Below the pieces are notes generated by a model. It searched no databases. It was not told the origin of the DNA and saw only the letters and a list, made by a program, of their open reading frames with translations. Made by a program: the position numbers and the translations under genes. DNA of 64,000 nucleotides. Origin: an uncultured Chloroflexia bacterium. Lineage in GTDB: Bacteria > Chloroflexota > Limnocylindria > Limnocylindrales > CSP1-4. Each line of letters starts with the position of its first letter. Positions within the stretch are counted from its first letter, which is position 1. The stretch lies in assembly GCA_963711105.1 (NCBI GenBank), contig CAVQCV010000005.1:1025092-1089091 (forward strand), read 5' to 3'. Below, piece after piece: positions 30,941 through 40,350 of the stretch.

Positions 30941-32404
30941 ATGGCCGTCGCGGCGGACAGCAAGCCGGGTTCCAGAGCCACCGAACGTTCCGACGCCTTC
31001 GTCTTCTTCGGGGCGACCGGTGACCTTGCCTACAAGAAGATATTCCCGGCGCTGGCCGGTCTCGTACGCGACGAGGGCTTCGCGATGCCGATAGTGGGCA
31101 TCGCCCGCCACGGCGACCTCGACAGCCTCAAAGACCGGGCCCGCCGGAGCCTGGCCGAACACGGCGTCGAGGACGCCGCCGTCGTTGCGTCGCTGACAGA
31201 CCGTCTTCGCTTCGTCCAGGGATCGGACGACGACCTCGAGACGTTCCGCGCGCTTCGCAAGGAGCTTGGCACCGCGCGCCACCCGATCCACTATCTGGCC
31301 GTTCCGCCGGCCCTGTTCGCGGAAGTGGTGGACAACCTCCAGGCCTCCGGCTGCGCCGAAGGGGCGCGCATCATCGTGGAGAAGCCGTTCGGCCACGACC
31401 GGGCCTCCGCCGCGGCCCTCAACGCCACGATCCACAAGGTCTTCCGCGAGCCCAGCATCTTCCGCATCGACCACTACCTGGGCAAGGAGGCGGTCCAGAA
31501 CCTGCTCTACTTCCGCTTCGCCAATTCGTTCCTGGAGCCCATCTGGGATCGCAACTACGTCTCCAGCGTTCAGATCAACATGCCCGAGGCCTTCGACGTG
31601 GCGGACCGCGGGGCCTTCTACGATTCGGCCGGCGCGATCCGGGACGTCGTGCAGAACCATTTGCTCCAGGTCGTCAGCCTGCTGGCGATGGAGCCGCCCT
31701 CCGGCCGGAGCCCGGAGGCCATCCGCAACGAACAGTTCAAGGTGCTCGACTCCATCCGCCCTCTGACTCCGGCGGACGTAGTGCGCGGCCAGTACCGGGG
31801 CTACCTGAGCGTGGACGGCGTGGCGCCCGGCTCGACCAAGGAAACGTACGCCGCGCTGCGTCTCCACGTCGACAGCTGGCGCTGGGGCGGAGTGCCGTTC
31901 TACATCCGCACCGGCAAGAGCCTGCCGGTCACCGTGAGCGAGGTTCGGGTCGAACTGAAGCGGCCGCCCCACTCCATCTTCGGCGAGGCCCAGCCACCCG
32001 ATGCCGACTACCTCCGTTTCCGACTCACGCCCGACATGTCCATCTCCTTCGGAGCCCGGGCCAAGAAGCCGGGTGAGGCGATGGTCGGGGAGGCCGTCGA
32101 GTTGTACGCGTCCCACGAGAGCGGCGATGAGCGGCCGGCCTACCAGCGCCTGATCGGCGATGCAATACGAGGCGACCAGACCATGTTCGCGCGCGAGGAC
32201 TGGGTCGAGGCGGCCTGGCGGGTCGTCGACGGAGTCCTCGACGACAGGACGCCTCTCAGTGTCTACGATCCCGGCACGTGGGGCCCCGAGGAGGCCGCAT
32301 CGGTGCTCGTCCACGGCGACCGCTGGCTCGACCCGGTCGAGAAGCGGGCGCCCGGCAACGGGGCGACGGCCCGCGGCGAACGGCTGGCGGCTTCGACCCG
32401 ATGA
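30941..32404 (+). CDS. zwf: Glucose-6-phosphate 1-dehydrogenase
   Basis: Signature RIDHYLGKE, N-terminal GATGDLA NADP site. Confidence 0.9.
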   Translation: MAVAADSKPGSRATERSDAFVFFGATGDLAYKKIFPALAGLVRDEGFAMPIVGIARHGDLDSLKDRARRSLAEHGVEDAAVVASLTDRLRFVQGSDDDLETFRALRKELGTARHPIHYLAVPPALFAEVVDNLQASGCAEGARIIVEKPFGHDRASAAALNATIHKVFREPSIFRIDHYLGKEAVQNLLYFRFANSFLEPIWDRNYVSSVQINMPEAFDVADRGAFYDSAGAIRDVVQNHLLQVVSLLAMEPPSGRSPEAIRNEQFKVLDSIRPLTPADVVRGQYRGYLSVDGVAPGSTKETYAALRLHVDSWRWGGVPFYIRTGKSLPVTVSEVRVELKRPPHSIFGEAQPPDADYLRFRLTPDMSISFGARAKKPGEAMVGEAVELYASHESGDERPAYQRLIGDAIRGDQTMFAREDWVEAAWRVVDGVLDDRTPLSVYDPGTWGPEEAASVLVHGDRWLDPVEKRAPGNGATARGERLAASTR

Positions 32405-34860
32405 GCGACGATAGCGGCGGCCCGACGGCGGGCGGTCTCGCCCCCGGAGCGCCGGGGCTTGCCCCGACCTGGTCGAGCAGTGACAAAGACGCCATCGGAA
32501 CCTCGCACTACTCGAGCCGGGTCTGGTTCACCGTCGGCCACGGCATCCTCAACGAAGTGTACTGGCCGCACGTGGACCGGCCCCAAATCCGCGACCTGGG
32601 CTTCATCGTCGCCGACGGCGAGGGGTTCTGGAGCGAGGTCAAGCGGGACACCGAGCACGCGGTGAGCCACGAAAAGGACGGCGTGCCGGCCATCACGGCC
32701 GTCCACGACCATGCCCGCTATCGCCTGACCCTGCGCATCTGCGCCGACGACCATGCCGACGTCGTCCGCATCGAGGCCAGGCTCGAGGACAAGCGCGACC
32801 CGACGGATCCCGAGCGCGCCGCCCATCCGCTCCGCCTCTACCCACTGCTCGCACCTCACCTGGGGCTCAGCGGCGTTCACAGCCAGGCCTGGGTCGGCGA
32901 ATACAAGGGCCGCTCGATGCTCTTCGCCCAGCGCGGCCAGTGGGCCCTCGCCTTCGCCTCGGATCCGGGCCCCACCCGCCAGAGCGTAGGCTACGTTGGA
33001 GCTTCGGACGGCTGGCAGGATTTCGCGGCCAACGGCCGCATGACGTGGGCCTACGGACACACGGACCCGGGGAACGTGGCCGGCATGACCGAGATCGCCC
33101 TAGACGGCGGCGCCTGTCAGATGGCTCTGGCCTTCGGCTCGAGACCCGAGGAGGCGGGCCTGGAAGCGTGCGCCGCGCTGGCGGGCCACTTCCGGAGCGC
33201 CTGGGCCGAATACGCCGCCAACTGGCACGGCTTCCTGCGCACGGTCGTCGAGCCGCCGGCCGACCTGCCCGACGCGGACAGAGCGTTCTACGTGAACTCG
33301 GCCGCCGCCCTGCGCTCGATGCAGGACCGGACCGAGCCGGGAGCCACCGTGGCCAGCCTGTCGATTCCATGGGGCAACACAAGCAACAACCTGGGCGGCT
33401 ATCACCTCGTCTGGGCGCGCGACCTCGTGGAATCGGCCGGGGCCTTCGTGGCTATGGGCGCGGAGGCGACCGCCAGGCGCACGCTGGCGTATCTGATCGC
33501 GTCGCAGGAACCGGACGGCCATTGGGCCCAGAACCAGTGGGTCGACGGCGACGCGTACTGGACCGGAATGCAGCTCGATGAAGCCGCCTACCCGCTCCTG
33601 CTCGCCGGGGCGCTGAAGGGCGGAGCCTCGCACATGCATGGCCGAACCGGCAAGCACGCGGCCGTCTTCCGCGAACTGCTGACCGAGACCGCGCTTGACG
33701 GCATGATCGCCCGGGCGGCCGGGTTCATCGCTCGCACCGGCCCGGCCACCGGCCAGGACCGCTGGGAGGAAGACGCGGGCCTTTGCCCCTCGACGCTCGC
33801 CCCGGTCGTGGCTGCCCTGGTCGTGGCGGCCGGGCATCTGCCCGAACCGGCCGCCTCCTACTGCCTGGAGCTGGCCGACGACTGGAACGCCTCGATCGAA
33901 GACTGGACGTACGCCCGCGACACGCGCCTGGCTCGCCAACAGGGCGTGGACGGCTACTACGTCCGCATCGCCGCGTCCGAGGTCCTGGCCGGGGCGCCCC
34001 TGTCCACCCTCGTGTCCGTGCGCAATCAACCGCCCGGGTCCTCCAAGATCCCCGGTGACGAGATGATCGGCACGGATTACCTGGCTCTGGTCAGGTTCGG
34101 GCTGCGCCTGCCGGACGATCCTCGAATCCTCTCGACGCTGAAGGTCGCGGACGCCCTGCTGAGAACAGACACGCCGAGCGGCCCGGTCTGGCATCGCTAC
34201 ACCGGCGACGGCTACGGCGAGCACGAGGACGGCAGCGCCTTCGACGGTACCGGCGTCGGCCGGGGCTGGCCGATTCTTGTCGGCGAGCGGGGCCACTATG
34301 AGCTGGACGCCGGCCGCGACCCGCGTCCCTACCTCGAGGCCATGCGGCGGATGGCGTCGAGCGCCGGGATGCTGCCCGAGCAGATCTGGGAGGCGGATCC
34401 CATCCCGGCCCGAGGCCTCTTCCCGGGCCGACCGAGCGGCTCGGCCATGCCGCTGGCGTGGGCCCACGCCGAGTACATCAAGCTCGTCCGCTCGGTCGCC
34501 CTGGGACACTCGATCGACCGCCCGGAGGCGGCCTGGCGCCGCTACCACGGCCGGGTCCCGAAAGCCGTCCGGGCGACGTGGCGGTTCTCCGCCCCTCGCC
34601 CGTCCATGCCGGCCGGCCGCGTCCTGCGCCTGGAGCTGCTCGCGCCGGCGCGGGTCCACTACTCGCTCGACGGTCGCGGAACCTGGACGGATCTCGACGC
34701 CCGCGAGACCGGTCTGGGCGTCTGGGTGGCGGACATCCCCGGTTCGGAACGCCTGACTCCCGGCGAGAGCGTGGACTTCACCGTCTGGTGGCCGGCGTCG
34801 AAAGCGTGGGAAGGCCGCGATCTTCGAGTGGAGGTTGGCCCGGCGGCGGTCAGGAGTTGA
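32401..34860 (+). CDS. Glycoside hydrolase family 15 protein (glucoamylase/trehalase-like)
   Basis: ATGA overlap with the zwf stop. N-terminal beta-sandwich and (alpha/alpha)6 catalytic domain motifs (LGGYHLVWARDLVESAGAFVAMG; WEEDAG). Confidence 0.8.
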   Translation: MSDDSGGPTAGGLAPGAPGLAPTWSSSDKDAIGTSHYSSRVWFTVGHGILNEVYWPHVDRPQIRDLGFIVADGEGFWSEVKRDTEHAVSHEKDGVPAITAVHDHARYRLTLRICADDHADVVRIEARLEDKRDPTDPERAAHPLRLYPLLAPHLGLSGVHSQAWVGEYKGRSMLFAQRGQWALAFASDPGPTRQSVGYVGASDGWQDFAANGRMTWAYGHTDPGNVAGMTEIALDGGACQMALAFGSRPEEAGLEACAALAGHFRSAWAEYAANWHGFLRTVVEPPADLPDADRAFYVNSAAALRSMQDRTEPGATVASLSIPWGNTSNNLGGYHLVWARDLVESAGAFVAMGAEATARRTLAYLIASQEPDGHWAQNQWVDGDAYWTGMQLDEAAYPLLLAGALKGGASHMHGRTGKHAAVFRELLTETALDGMIARAAGFIARTGPATGQDRWEEDAGLCPSTLAPVVAALVVAAGHLPEPAASYCLELADDWNASIEDWTYARDTRLARQQGVDGYYVRIAASEVLAGAPLSTLVSVRNQPPGSSKIPGDEMIGTDYLALVRFGLRLPDDPRILSTLKVADALLRTDTPSGPVWHRYTGDGYGEHEDGSAFDGTGVGRGWPILVGERGHYELDAGRDPRPYLEAMRRMASSAGMLPEQIWEADPIPARGLFPGRPSGSAMPLAWAHAEYIKLVRSVALGHSIDRPEAAWRRYHGRVPKAVRATWRFSAPRPSMPAGRVLRLELLAPARVHYSLDGRGTWTDLDARETGLGVWVADIPGSERLTPGESVDFTVWWPASKAWEGRDLRVEVGPAAVRS

Positions 34861-36292
34861 TCTGGCGTCCCGCGACGGCCATGGCCGCCTCGCCCACGAC
34901 CTCGGCCAGTGTCGGATGCGGGTGAGTGGCGGCCCCGATCTCCCAGGCCGTCGCCTCCAGCGTCATCCCCAGGGCCGCCTCCGCGATGAGGTCCGTCACC
35001 GCCGGCCCGATCAGGTGGATGCCCAGAACCTCATCCGTGGCCGCGTCGGCGATGACCTTGGCGAAGCCCTCCGTCTCCCCGACGATCACGGCCTTTGCGA
35101 TCGCGGCGAAGTTGAACTTGCCGATCTTGACGGCGATGCCCCGATCGGCACACTGCTGTTCGGTCAGGCCGATCGACGCGACTTGAGGATGCGTGTACGT
35201 GGCCCGCGGCTGGTGGTCGTAGTCGATCGCCTCGGGGCCCTCGCCGGCGATCTCATGGACCGCCACGATGCCCTCGTGGGCCGCGACGTGGGCCAGCATC
35301 AGCCCGCCGATCAGGTCGCCGATGGCGTAGACGTGTGGTTCGGCCGTCCGCATCCAGCCGTCGACCTTGACGAAGCCGCGCTCCAGCTCGACCTTCGTCG
35401 TCTCGAGGCCCAGTTCCTCGCTGTTGGGCGCCCGGCCGGTCGCGACCAGCAGCTGTTCAACCTTGAGTTCTTCCTCCGCCCCGCCTTCGGGCCCGACCGT
35501 CATCGAGACGCCGTCCTTGGTGACCTTGACGGCCTTGGTGTCGAAGCGGGCATTCGTCATGACGCGAATGCCGCGCCGGCTGAAGCTGCGTTCCAGCGCG
35601 CTGCTCAGGTCGCGGTCCTCGAGCGGGACGATCACCGGCAGGTATTCCAGCAGCGTGACGTTGACACCGAGGTCGTGATAGAACGACGCGAACTCCGACC
35701 CGACGGCTCCGGCCCCCACGATGGCGATCGACTTCGGCAGCTCCGCCTTTGTAGTCACGTCATCCGAGGTGATGATGCGCTTGCCGTCCGGCACGAGCCC
35801 GGGCAGGCTCTTGACCCGGCTGCCTGTGGCCAGGATCACGTTCCTGGCCCGCAGGATCTGCTCCCCTGCCCCGCCCGCAGGCGCGCCGTCCTCGCCGTTC
35901 AGCGAGACCCGGACCGTCGTGGCGCCGTCGAGACGGCCACGACCCGCCACCCAGGTCACCTTGTTCTTGTCCACGAGGCTCTTGAGCCCCGTCCACATGC
36001 GCTTCACGACCTGGTCGCGGCGCCTGGCGATCGCCTCGTAGTCGAAACGGGCCTCGCCTTCCAGCAGGATCCCGAACTCACGAGCCTTCTTGAGGCGGGC
36101 GAACAGCTCGGCCAATTCGAGCAACGCCTTGGTTGGGATGCAACCGACGTGCAGGCACGTGCCGCCGATCTTGCCCTCGTCCACGAGCGCGACGCGCAGG
36201 CCGAGCTGGGCGGCTCGGAAGGCGGCCGTATAACCGCCAGTACCGGCGCCAAGGACGATCAGGTCGAAATCGGTGCTGGTGCTTTGCGCCAT
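34850..36292 (-). CDS. lpdA: Dihydrolipoamide dehydrogenase (E3)
   Basis: FAD site VLGAGTGG, redox disulfide GGTCLHVGCIP, C-terminal HPHPTLAE interface motif. Confidence 0.9.
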   Translation of the reverse strand: MAQSTSTDFDLIVLGAGTGGYTAAFRAAQLGLRVALVDEGKIGGTCLHVGCIPTKALLELAELFARLKKAREFGILLEGEARFDYEAIARRRDQVVKRMWTGLKSLVDKNKVTWVAGRGRLDGATTVRVSLNGEDGAPAGGAGEQILRARNVILATGSRVKSLPGLVPDGKRIITSDDVTTKAELPKSIAIVGAGAVGSEFASFYHDLGVNVTLLEYLPVIVPLEDRDLSSALERSFSRRGIRVMTNARFDTKAVKVTKDGVSMTVGPEGGAEEELKVEQLLVATGRAPNSEELGLETTKVELERGFVKVDGWMRTAEPHVYAIGDLIGGLMLAHVAAHEGIVAVHEIAGEGPEAIDYDHQPRATYTHPQVASIGLTEQQCADRGIAVKIGKFNFAAIAKAVIVGETEGFAKVIADAATDEVLGIHLIGPAVTDLIAEAALGMTLEATAWEIGAATHPHPTLAEVVGEAAMAVAGRQINS

Positions 36293-36392
36293 GGGTCGGC
36301 GTCCTCGCTAGCTCGGGGTATGCGCCCGAAGGGTATTCGGTGCGCCGGGAACGGGCAACCGCCACGGGCAGGTCGGGCGTGCGGCGAGACGG

Positions 36393-36917
36393 CTAGACCG
36401 CGAACTTCGCCAGGAAGGTTTCCGTGTCGGCCCGCTCGATTTCGAGCCGCACGCACGCCGGGATCGCCGCGAATGCCCGCTCGATCTCCGGATCCTCCAG
36501 GAAACCCTTGGCGAGGTAGGCACCCACGAACGACTGCTGAGCCGCGTAGGCGTCCATCAGCGACCGGTCGGGATCTGGGGGCAGCGGATCCCGCGCCAGT
36601 CTCCTCGCGAACGAGCGCGCCGCCTCGACCAGGTCCGGCCGTTCGGTCGCGGCTCGGGCGATGGCGGCCTGCAGCGACGGCAGGACGGGCAGGCTCAGGT
36701 CGCGCTCATAGACCACGGTCAACGTGCCGCCGGCCGCGGCGTGGGCCCAAAAGTGGCCCTTGAACTCCTCGTCCCAGTAGCCGGGCTGCTCCTTCGACCA
36801 GACCGAGGAGATGGTTCGCCAGCCCGCTTCGCGGAGCCGGTTCTTGACCGGCTCGACCACGATCTGGGCGTTGTACTCCGAACCTTCGGCGTAACGGATG
36901 GTTCGATGCTCGGACAC
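36393..36917 (-). CDS. Hypothetical protein
   Basis: 174-aa ORF. 3-bp gap to the next gene suggests an operon. No recognised motif. Confidence 0.45.
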   Translation of the reverse strand: MSEHRTIRYAEGSEYNAQIVVEPVKNRLREAGWRTISSVWSKEQPGYWDEEFKGHFWAHAAAGGTLTVVYERDLSLPVLPSLQAAIARAATERPDLVEAARSFARRLARDPLPPDPDRSLMDAYAAQQSFVGAYLAKGFLEDPEIERAFAAIPACVRLEIERADTETFLAKFAV

Positions 36918-36919
36918 GG

Positions 36920-37288
36920 TTACCTCGTCAGAAGAAACGCGAACAGGGCGAAGGCGGCCAGGGCGACGAGCGGGAGGACGAGCGTCAACAGGATCGGGGC
37001 CAGGGTCGGATTCTCCAGCTCACGACCGGACCCGGACCGTCCGCTTGGCTCCTTCGCATCCGGGTCGACCGAGATGAAGGCAAGATCGATGGCCGAGGTG
37101 GACCGAAGGTCGAACTTGAGCCAGCGATAGTCTTCCAGCTCCCACCCGGCCCGGGCGAAGTCGTCGGCGATGGCGGATGCGAGGGCAAGCGTTCGCTCAG
37201 CCCCCAGATCCTTGGCCTGTCTGATCGCCCTCATTCGACGTCCCTCCGTTGGCTCGTGCCGGCCAGCCGATGATATGTGGTCGAACAT
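36920..37288 (-). CDS. Hypothetical protein with C-terminal TM anchor
   Basis: 122 aa. C-terminal hydrophobic helix (PILLTLVLPLVALAAFALFAFLL). Confidence 0.4.
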   Translation of the reverse strand: MFDHISSAGRHEPTEGRRMRAIRQAKDLGAERTLALASAIADDFARAGWELEDYRWLKFDLRSTSAIDLAFISVDPDAKEPSGRSGSGRELENPTLAPILLTLVLPLVALAAFALFAFLLTR

Positions 37289-37404
37289 TGGACCCGCCCG
37301 CGGCCCAGGAGGATCGGCAAGCAGACCCAGGCTCGAAGATATCCCCGCACCAAACGACCCGGGCAGAGCGCCCGGGTCGTGCCATCAACTGAGTGGAGCG
37401 AGGG

Positions 37405-37719
37405 TCAGTCGCCGCGAGCCGCCCGGAAGCAGTCGCTGCAATAAACGGGCTTGCCGTTGGTGGGTCGGAACGGGACTTCAGTGGATTTGCCGCATCGGCT
37501 GCAGGTGGCCGGGAACATCTGGCGCGGTCCGCGATCGAAGCCGCCGCCGAAGCCGCCGTGGCTGCCGCCCTCGGGCCTGGAGGCCTTACGGGCCGACCGA
37601 CAGGATGTGCAGCGCTTGGGGTCCGTGAAGCCCCTCTGCGCGTAGAAGTCCTGCTCGCTCGCGGTGAATACGAACTGCTGGCCGCAATCGGCGCAAACCA
37701 GGATCTTGTCCGTGTACAC
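37405..37719 (-). CDS. Zinc-ribbon domain protein
   Basis: Four CxxC pairs (CADC, CTSC, CSRC, CSDC) in 104 aa. Confidence 0.6.
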   Translation of the reverse strand: MYTDKILVCADCGQQFVFTASEQDFYAQRGFTDPKRCTSCRSARKASRPEGGSHGGFGGGFDRGPRQMFPATCSRCGKSTEVPFRPTNGKPVYCSDCFRAARGD

Positions 37720-38045
37720 GAGAACCTAGAACTCCTCTCAGTAGCCGCTCCCTCCGTGTCCTCGCGGCTAGGCGTGAGAGGCCCGGTCGTCGTGCTACCT
37801 AGACTTGCCCGCGGCCAGCCCGCGAGCTTAGCGGCGGGATTGTACGTCCGGAGTACCAGCGTGCATAGGGTTTTATGAATCCGTGGATGGGAACGATCGG
37901 GCTATGTGTGGTCCGCTTGACATCTGTCCTGTGGCTGGTAGAAAAGGGTAGAAATCGGATCGGGCCGCTCTGGAGTACGGGAGAGCCCGGCCGGCCGGGT
38001 CTCCCGAGCCCGGTCTGCCGCATACAAAGCGAGGCTCACAACGGC

Positions 38046-39365
38046 ATGTCCTCACCACATCGCCGCCTTCTGACCTGCGCCTGGGCGATCCTTCTGGCCT
38101 CCACCCTGGCCTGGGTCCCAGCCCAGGCCGCAACTTCCGCCGCCACGTTCGTGACGCCCACTCCGGGCCTTACGACCGTTCTTCAGTCGGCTACTTCGTA
38201 TACGGTCAGCTGGTCCGTCACGCCCGGTGCCGGCGTCACCTCCACCAGCATCGTCGTCCAAACGTCGCGACCCCTCGCGAAGGGCGGCTGCGACGCGCGC
38301 TGGCTGCCCGTCGGCAGCTCGTCGGTGACTGGGACCTCCTATCAAGCGAACGACCTACTGACGAATCGCTGCTACAGATTCCTTCTCAAGCTGGCAACGG
38401 CGTCGGGCAATCGGACCGTGGCTTCGCCGGTCCTGGTTCAGGGCGCGGCTGGGTACGGCCCCGCCGGCGATTTCACCAACCCGTTCCTCGACGGCGTCGT
38501 CGCCTATGAGACAACCGCCCGTGTCGGCTGGGTCGAGCGCGACACCTTCGGCTCCAAGATCGTGGCGAGAAACCTGTTCGAGCAGAGCGCCACGTCGACC
38601 GGCGATTCCTGCGCCGGCGTCAGCTGGTCCGCGCCCGTCCAGCTGGCCTTCAGCGGGACGTCGATCGACCGGACGGTCAGCCGCTCCCATTGCTACCGCT
38701 ATCTACTCACCCTCCAGGACGCGGCCGGGTATAGAACTGAGATCGTGTCCGGGGCGATGCCGGTTGCGGCCGCGCTACCGGACTGGACCGGCACGGTGAA
38801 CATGTACCAGCCCAACACGTTCGCCTCGCAGGCCACCAATACGTGGTGCGTCGCGGCGACGAGCCAGATCATGCTGAACATGATCCTCGACCAGCACGAC
38901 TCGTCCAGCTCATCGCAATCTACCTACATCAGCTACGCCCAGGCTCACGACGGTGGCTCCTACCCGGCCGGCTCGAATCCGCTTGGCTGGGCCGCTGTCA
39001 TGAGCCGCTACGGCGGCGCCAAGTACACCGTGCAGACGTTCTCGAGCAGCGCCTCGGCCCTCAAACAGGCCGTCATTCGGATGCGGCTGACCAACAAGCC
39101 GGTCGGGTTGCTCGTCTGGAGCGGCCGCCACGCCTGGGTCCTGAACGGCTTCAGCGCGACCGCGGACCCGGCCACGACAAGCGACTTCACCATCACCGCG
39201 GTGTACGTCACCGGCCCGCTGTATCCCCGTACGCCGAACTCGCTGGGCTACGACCAGCCACCGAACATGTCGCTCACGCCCGCGCAGCTGAACAGCTACT
39301 TCAAGACCTACTCCGACACGGTCGTCAGGACCTGGAACGGCACCTACGTGGTCGTGATGCCTTAG
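38046..39365 (+). CDS. Secreted protein with C-terminal papain-like (C39-like) peptidase domain
   Basis: Signal peptide from the internal Met (MSSPHRRLLTCAWAILLASTLAWVPAQA). Two repeated beta-rich modules. The C-terminal domain has a candidate catalytic Cys (NTWCVAATSQIM) and His (GRHAWVLNGF). The fold assignment is tentative. Confidence 0.55.
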   Translation: MSSPHRRLLTCAWAILLASTLAWVPAQAATSAATFVTPTPGLTTVLQSATSYTVSWSVTPGAGVTSTSIVVQTSRPLAKGGCDARWLPVGSSSVTGTSYQANDLLTNRCYRFLLKLATASGNRTVASPVLVQGAAGYGPAGDFTNPFLDGVVAYETTARVGWVERDTFGSKIVARNLFEQSATSTGDSCAGVSWSAPVQLAFSGTSIDRTVSRSHCYRYLLTLQDAAGYRTEIVSGAMPVAAALPDWTGTVNMYQPNTFASQATNTWCVAATSQIMLNMILDQHDSSSSSQSTYISYAQAHDGGSYPAGSNPLGWAAVMSRYGGAKYTVQTFSSSASALKQAVIRMRLTNKPVGLLVWSGRHAWVLNGFSATADPATTSDFTITAVYVTGPLYPRTPNSLGYDQPPNMSLTPAQLNSYFKTYSDTVVRTWNGTYVVVMP

Positions 39366-39473
39366 GCGATCGGAGAAGACGGCGCGGGAAACGCGCCGGG
39401 CGACGACGCCGGGGACGCCGAGCCGGGGGCCGCTCCCCACGCCGGGCGCCGCACGGCGGGCCGCGACGGCGAT

Positions 39474-40340
39474 CTAGATCCGGTCCGCCTCGGCGGGGAT
39501 CCCAATCGGGGCGACCAGTACGCGGCCGGCCACGCCGGCGCCGCGACGGGCCAGAAGACCCGTCTTGGGCCGGTGGAACGTGACCGTGACGTGGGCCCGA
39601 ACCACGGGGTCGGATAAATCGCCGCTCGTCAGATCCACAGCCGTCGGGCAGTCGATCGAAACTACCGGGATGCCAGCCGCGCGCGCCGCCACGATCAGAT
39701 CCACGGCCCCGCGGATCGGTTCTCGCAGCGGGCCGGCCCTGCCCGTGCCCAGCAGCGCATCGACGACCACGGCGGCCCTGTCCGCCGCCTGTCCGAGGAT
39801 CGCCACGTCGCGGGCGACAGGGGTGTGGATCCGTTCCACGTGGTCGAGCGTCGACAGGCGGTCCCAGTTGCGCGCCGTGTCCCGCCCCGACGGACGGCCC
39901 TCCGCGGCCACGAGGACGACAACCACCCGCGCCCCCTGACGGGCCAGGTAGCGCGCCGCCACCAGACCGTCGCCGCCGTTGTTGCCCGGGCCGCACAGGA
40001 CCAGTATCGGCCCCCTGTCCCAGCGGTCCGTCTGGACCGCGAGAGCCTTGATCGCGGCCGCGGCGGCGCAGCCCGCGTTTTCCATGAGCCGCTCACCGGG
40101 CACTCCGAGGGCCTGGGCGCGCCGGTCGGCCCCGGTCATCGCCTCTGCCCCGATAGCCGAGGCGGCCATCGAGCGGGACCAGCGGTCGGCCAGCCCGTCG
40201 AGCGTCAGGCCGAAGATCGCCGGGTCGCCGGCGGGCGGCGGTGGAGCCGCCCAGCTCTCGCCGTCCGAAGCGCGGGCGGCGCGGGCGGCGACGGCCGCGT
40301 CCGGAGCGGACCGGGAGGCCGGCTTTCGTGGCTGCGGCAT
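39474..40340 (-). CDS. nnrE: NAD(P)H-hydrate epimerase (YjeF N-terminal domain)
   Basis: Motif LVLCGPGNNGGDGLVAARYL. The start is probably an internal Met. Confidence 0.7.
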   Translation of the reverse strand: MPQPRKPASRSAPDAAVAARAARASDGESWAAPPPPAGDPAIFGLTLDGLADRWSRSMAASAIGAEAMTGADRRAQALGVPGERLMENAGCAAAAAIKALAVQTDRWDRGPILVLCGPGNNGGDGLVAARYLARQGARVVVVLVAAEGRPSGRDTARNWDRLSTLDHVERIHTPVARDVAILGQAADRAAVVVDALLGTGRAGPLREPIRGAVDLIVAARAAGIPVVSIDCPTAVDLTSGDLSDPVVRAHVTVTFHRPKTGLLARRGAGVAGRVLVAPIGIPAEADRI

Positions 40341-40350
40341 CGGCTGCTCG

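Noticed and set aside
32263-34659. Minus-strand ORFs of 265 and 519 aa
   Set aside because: Antisense to the GH15 gene, whose catalytic motifs are clear.
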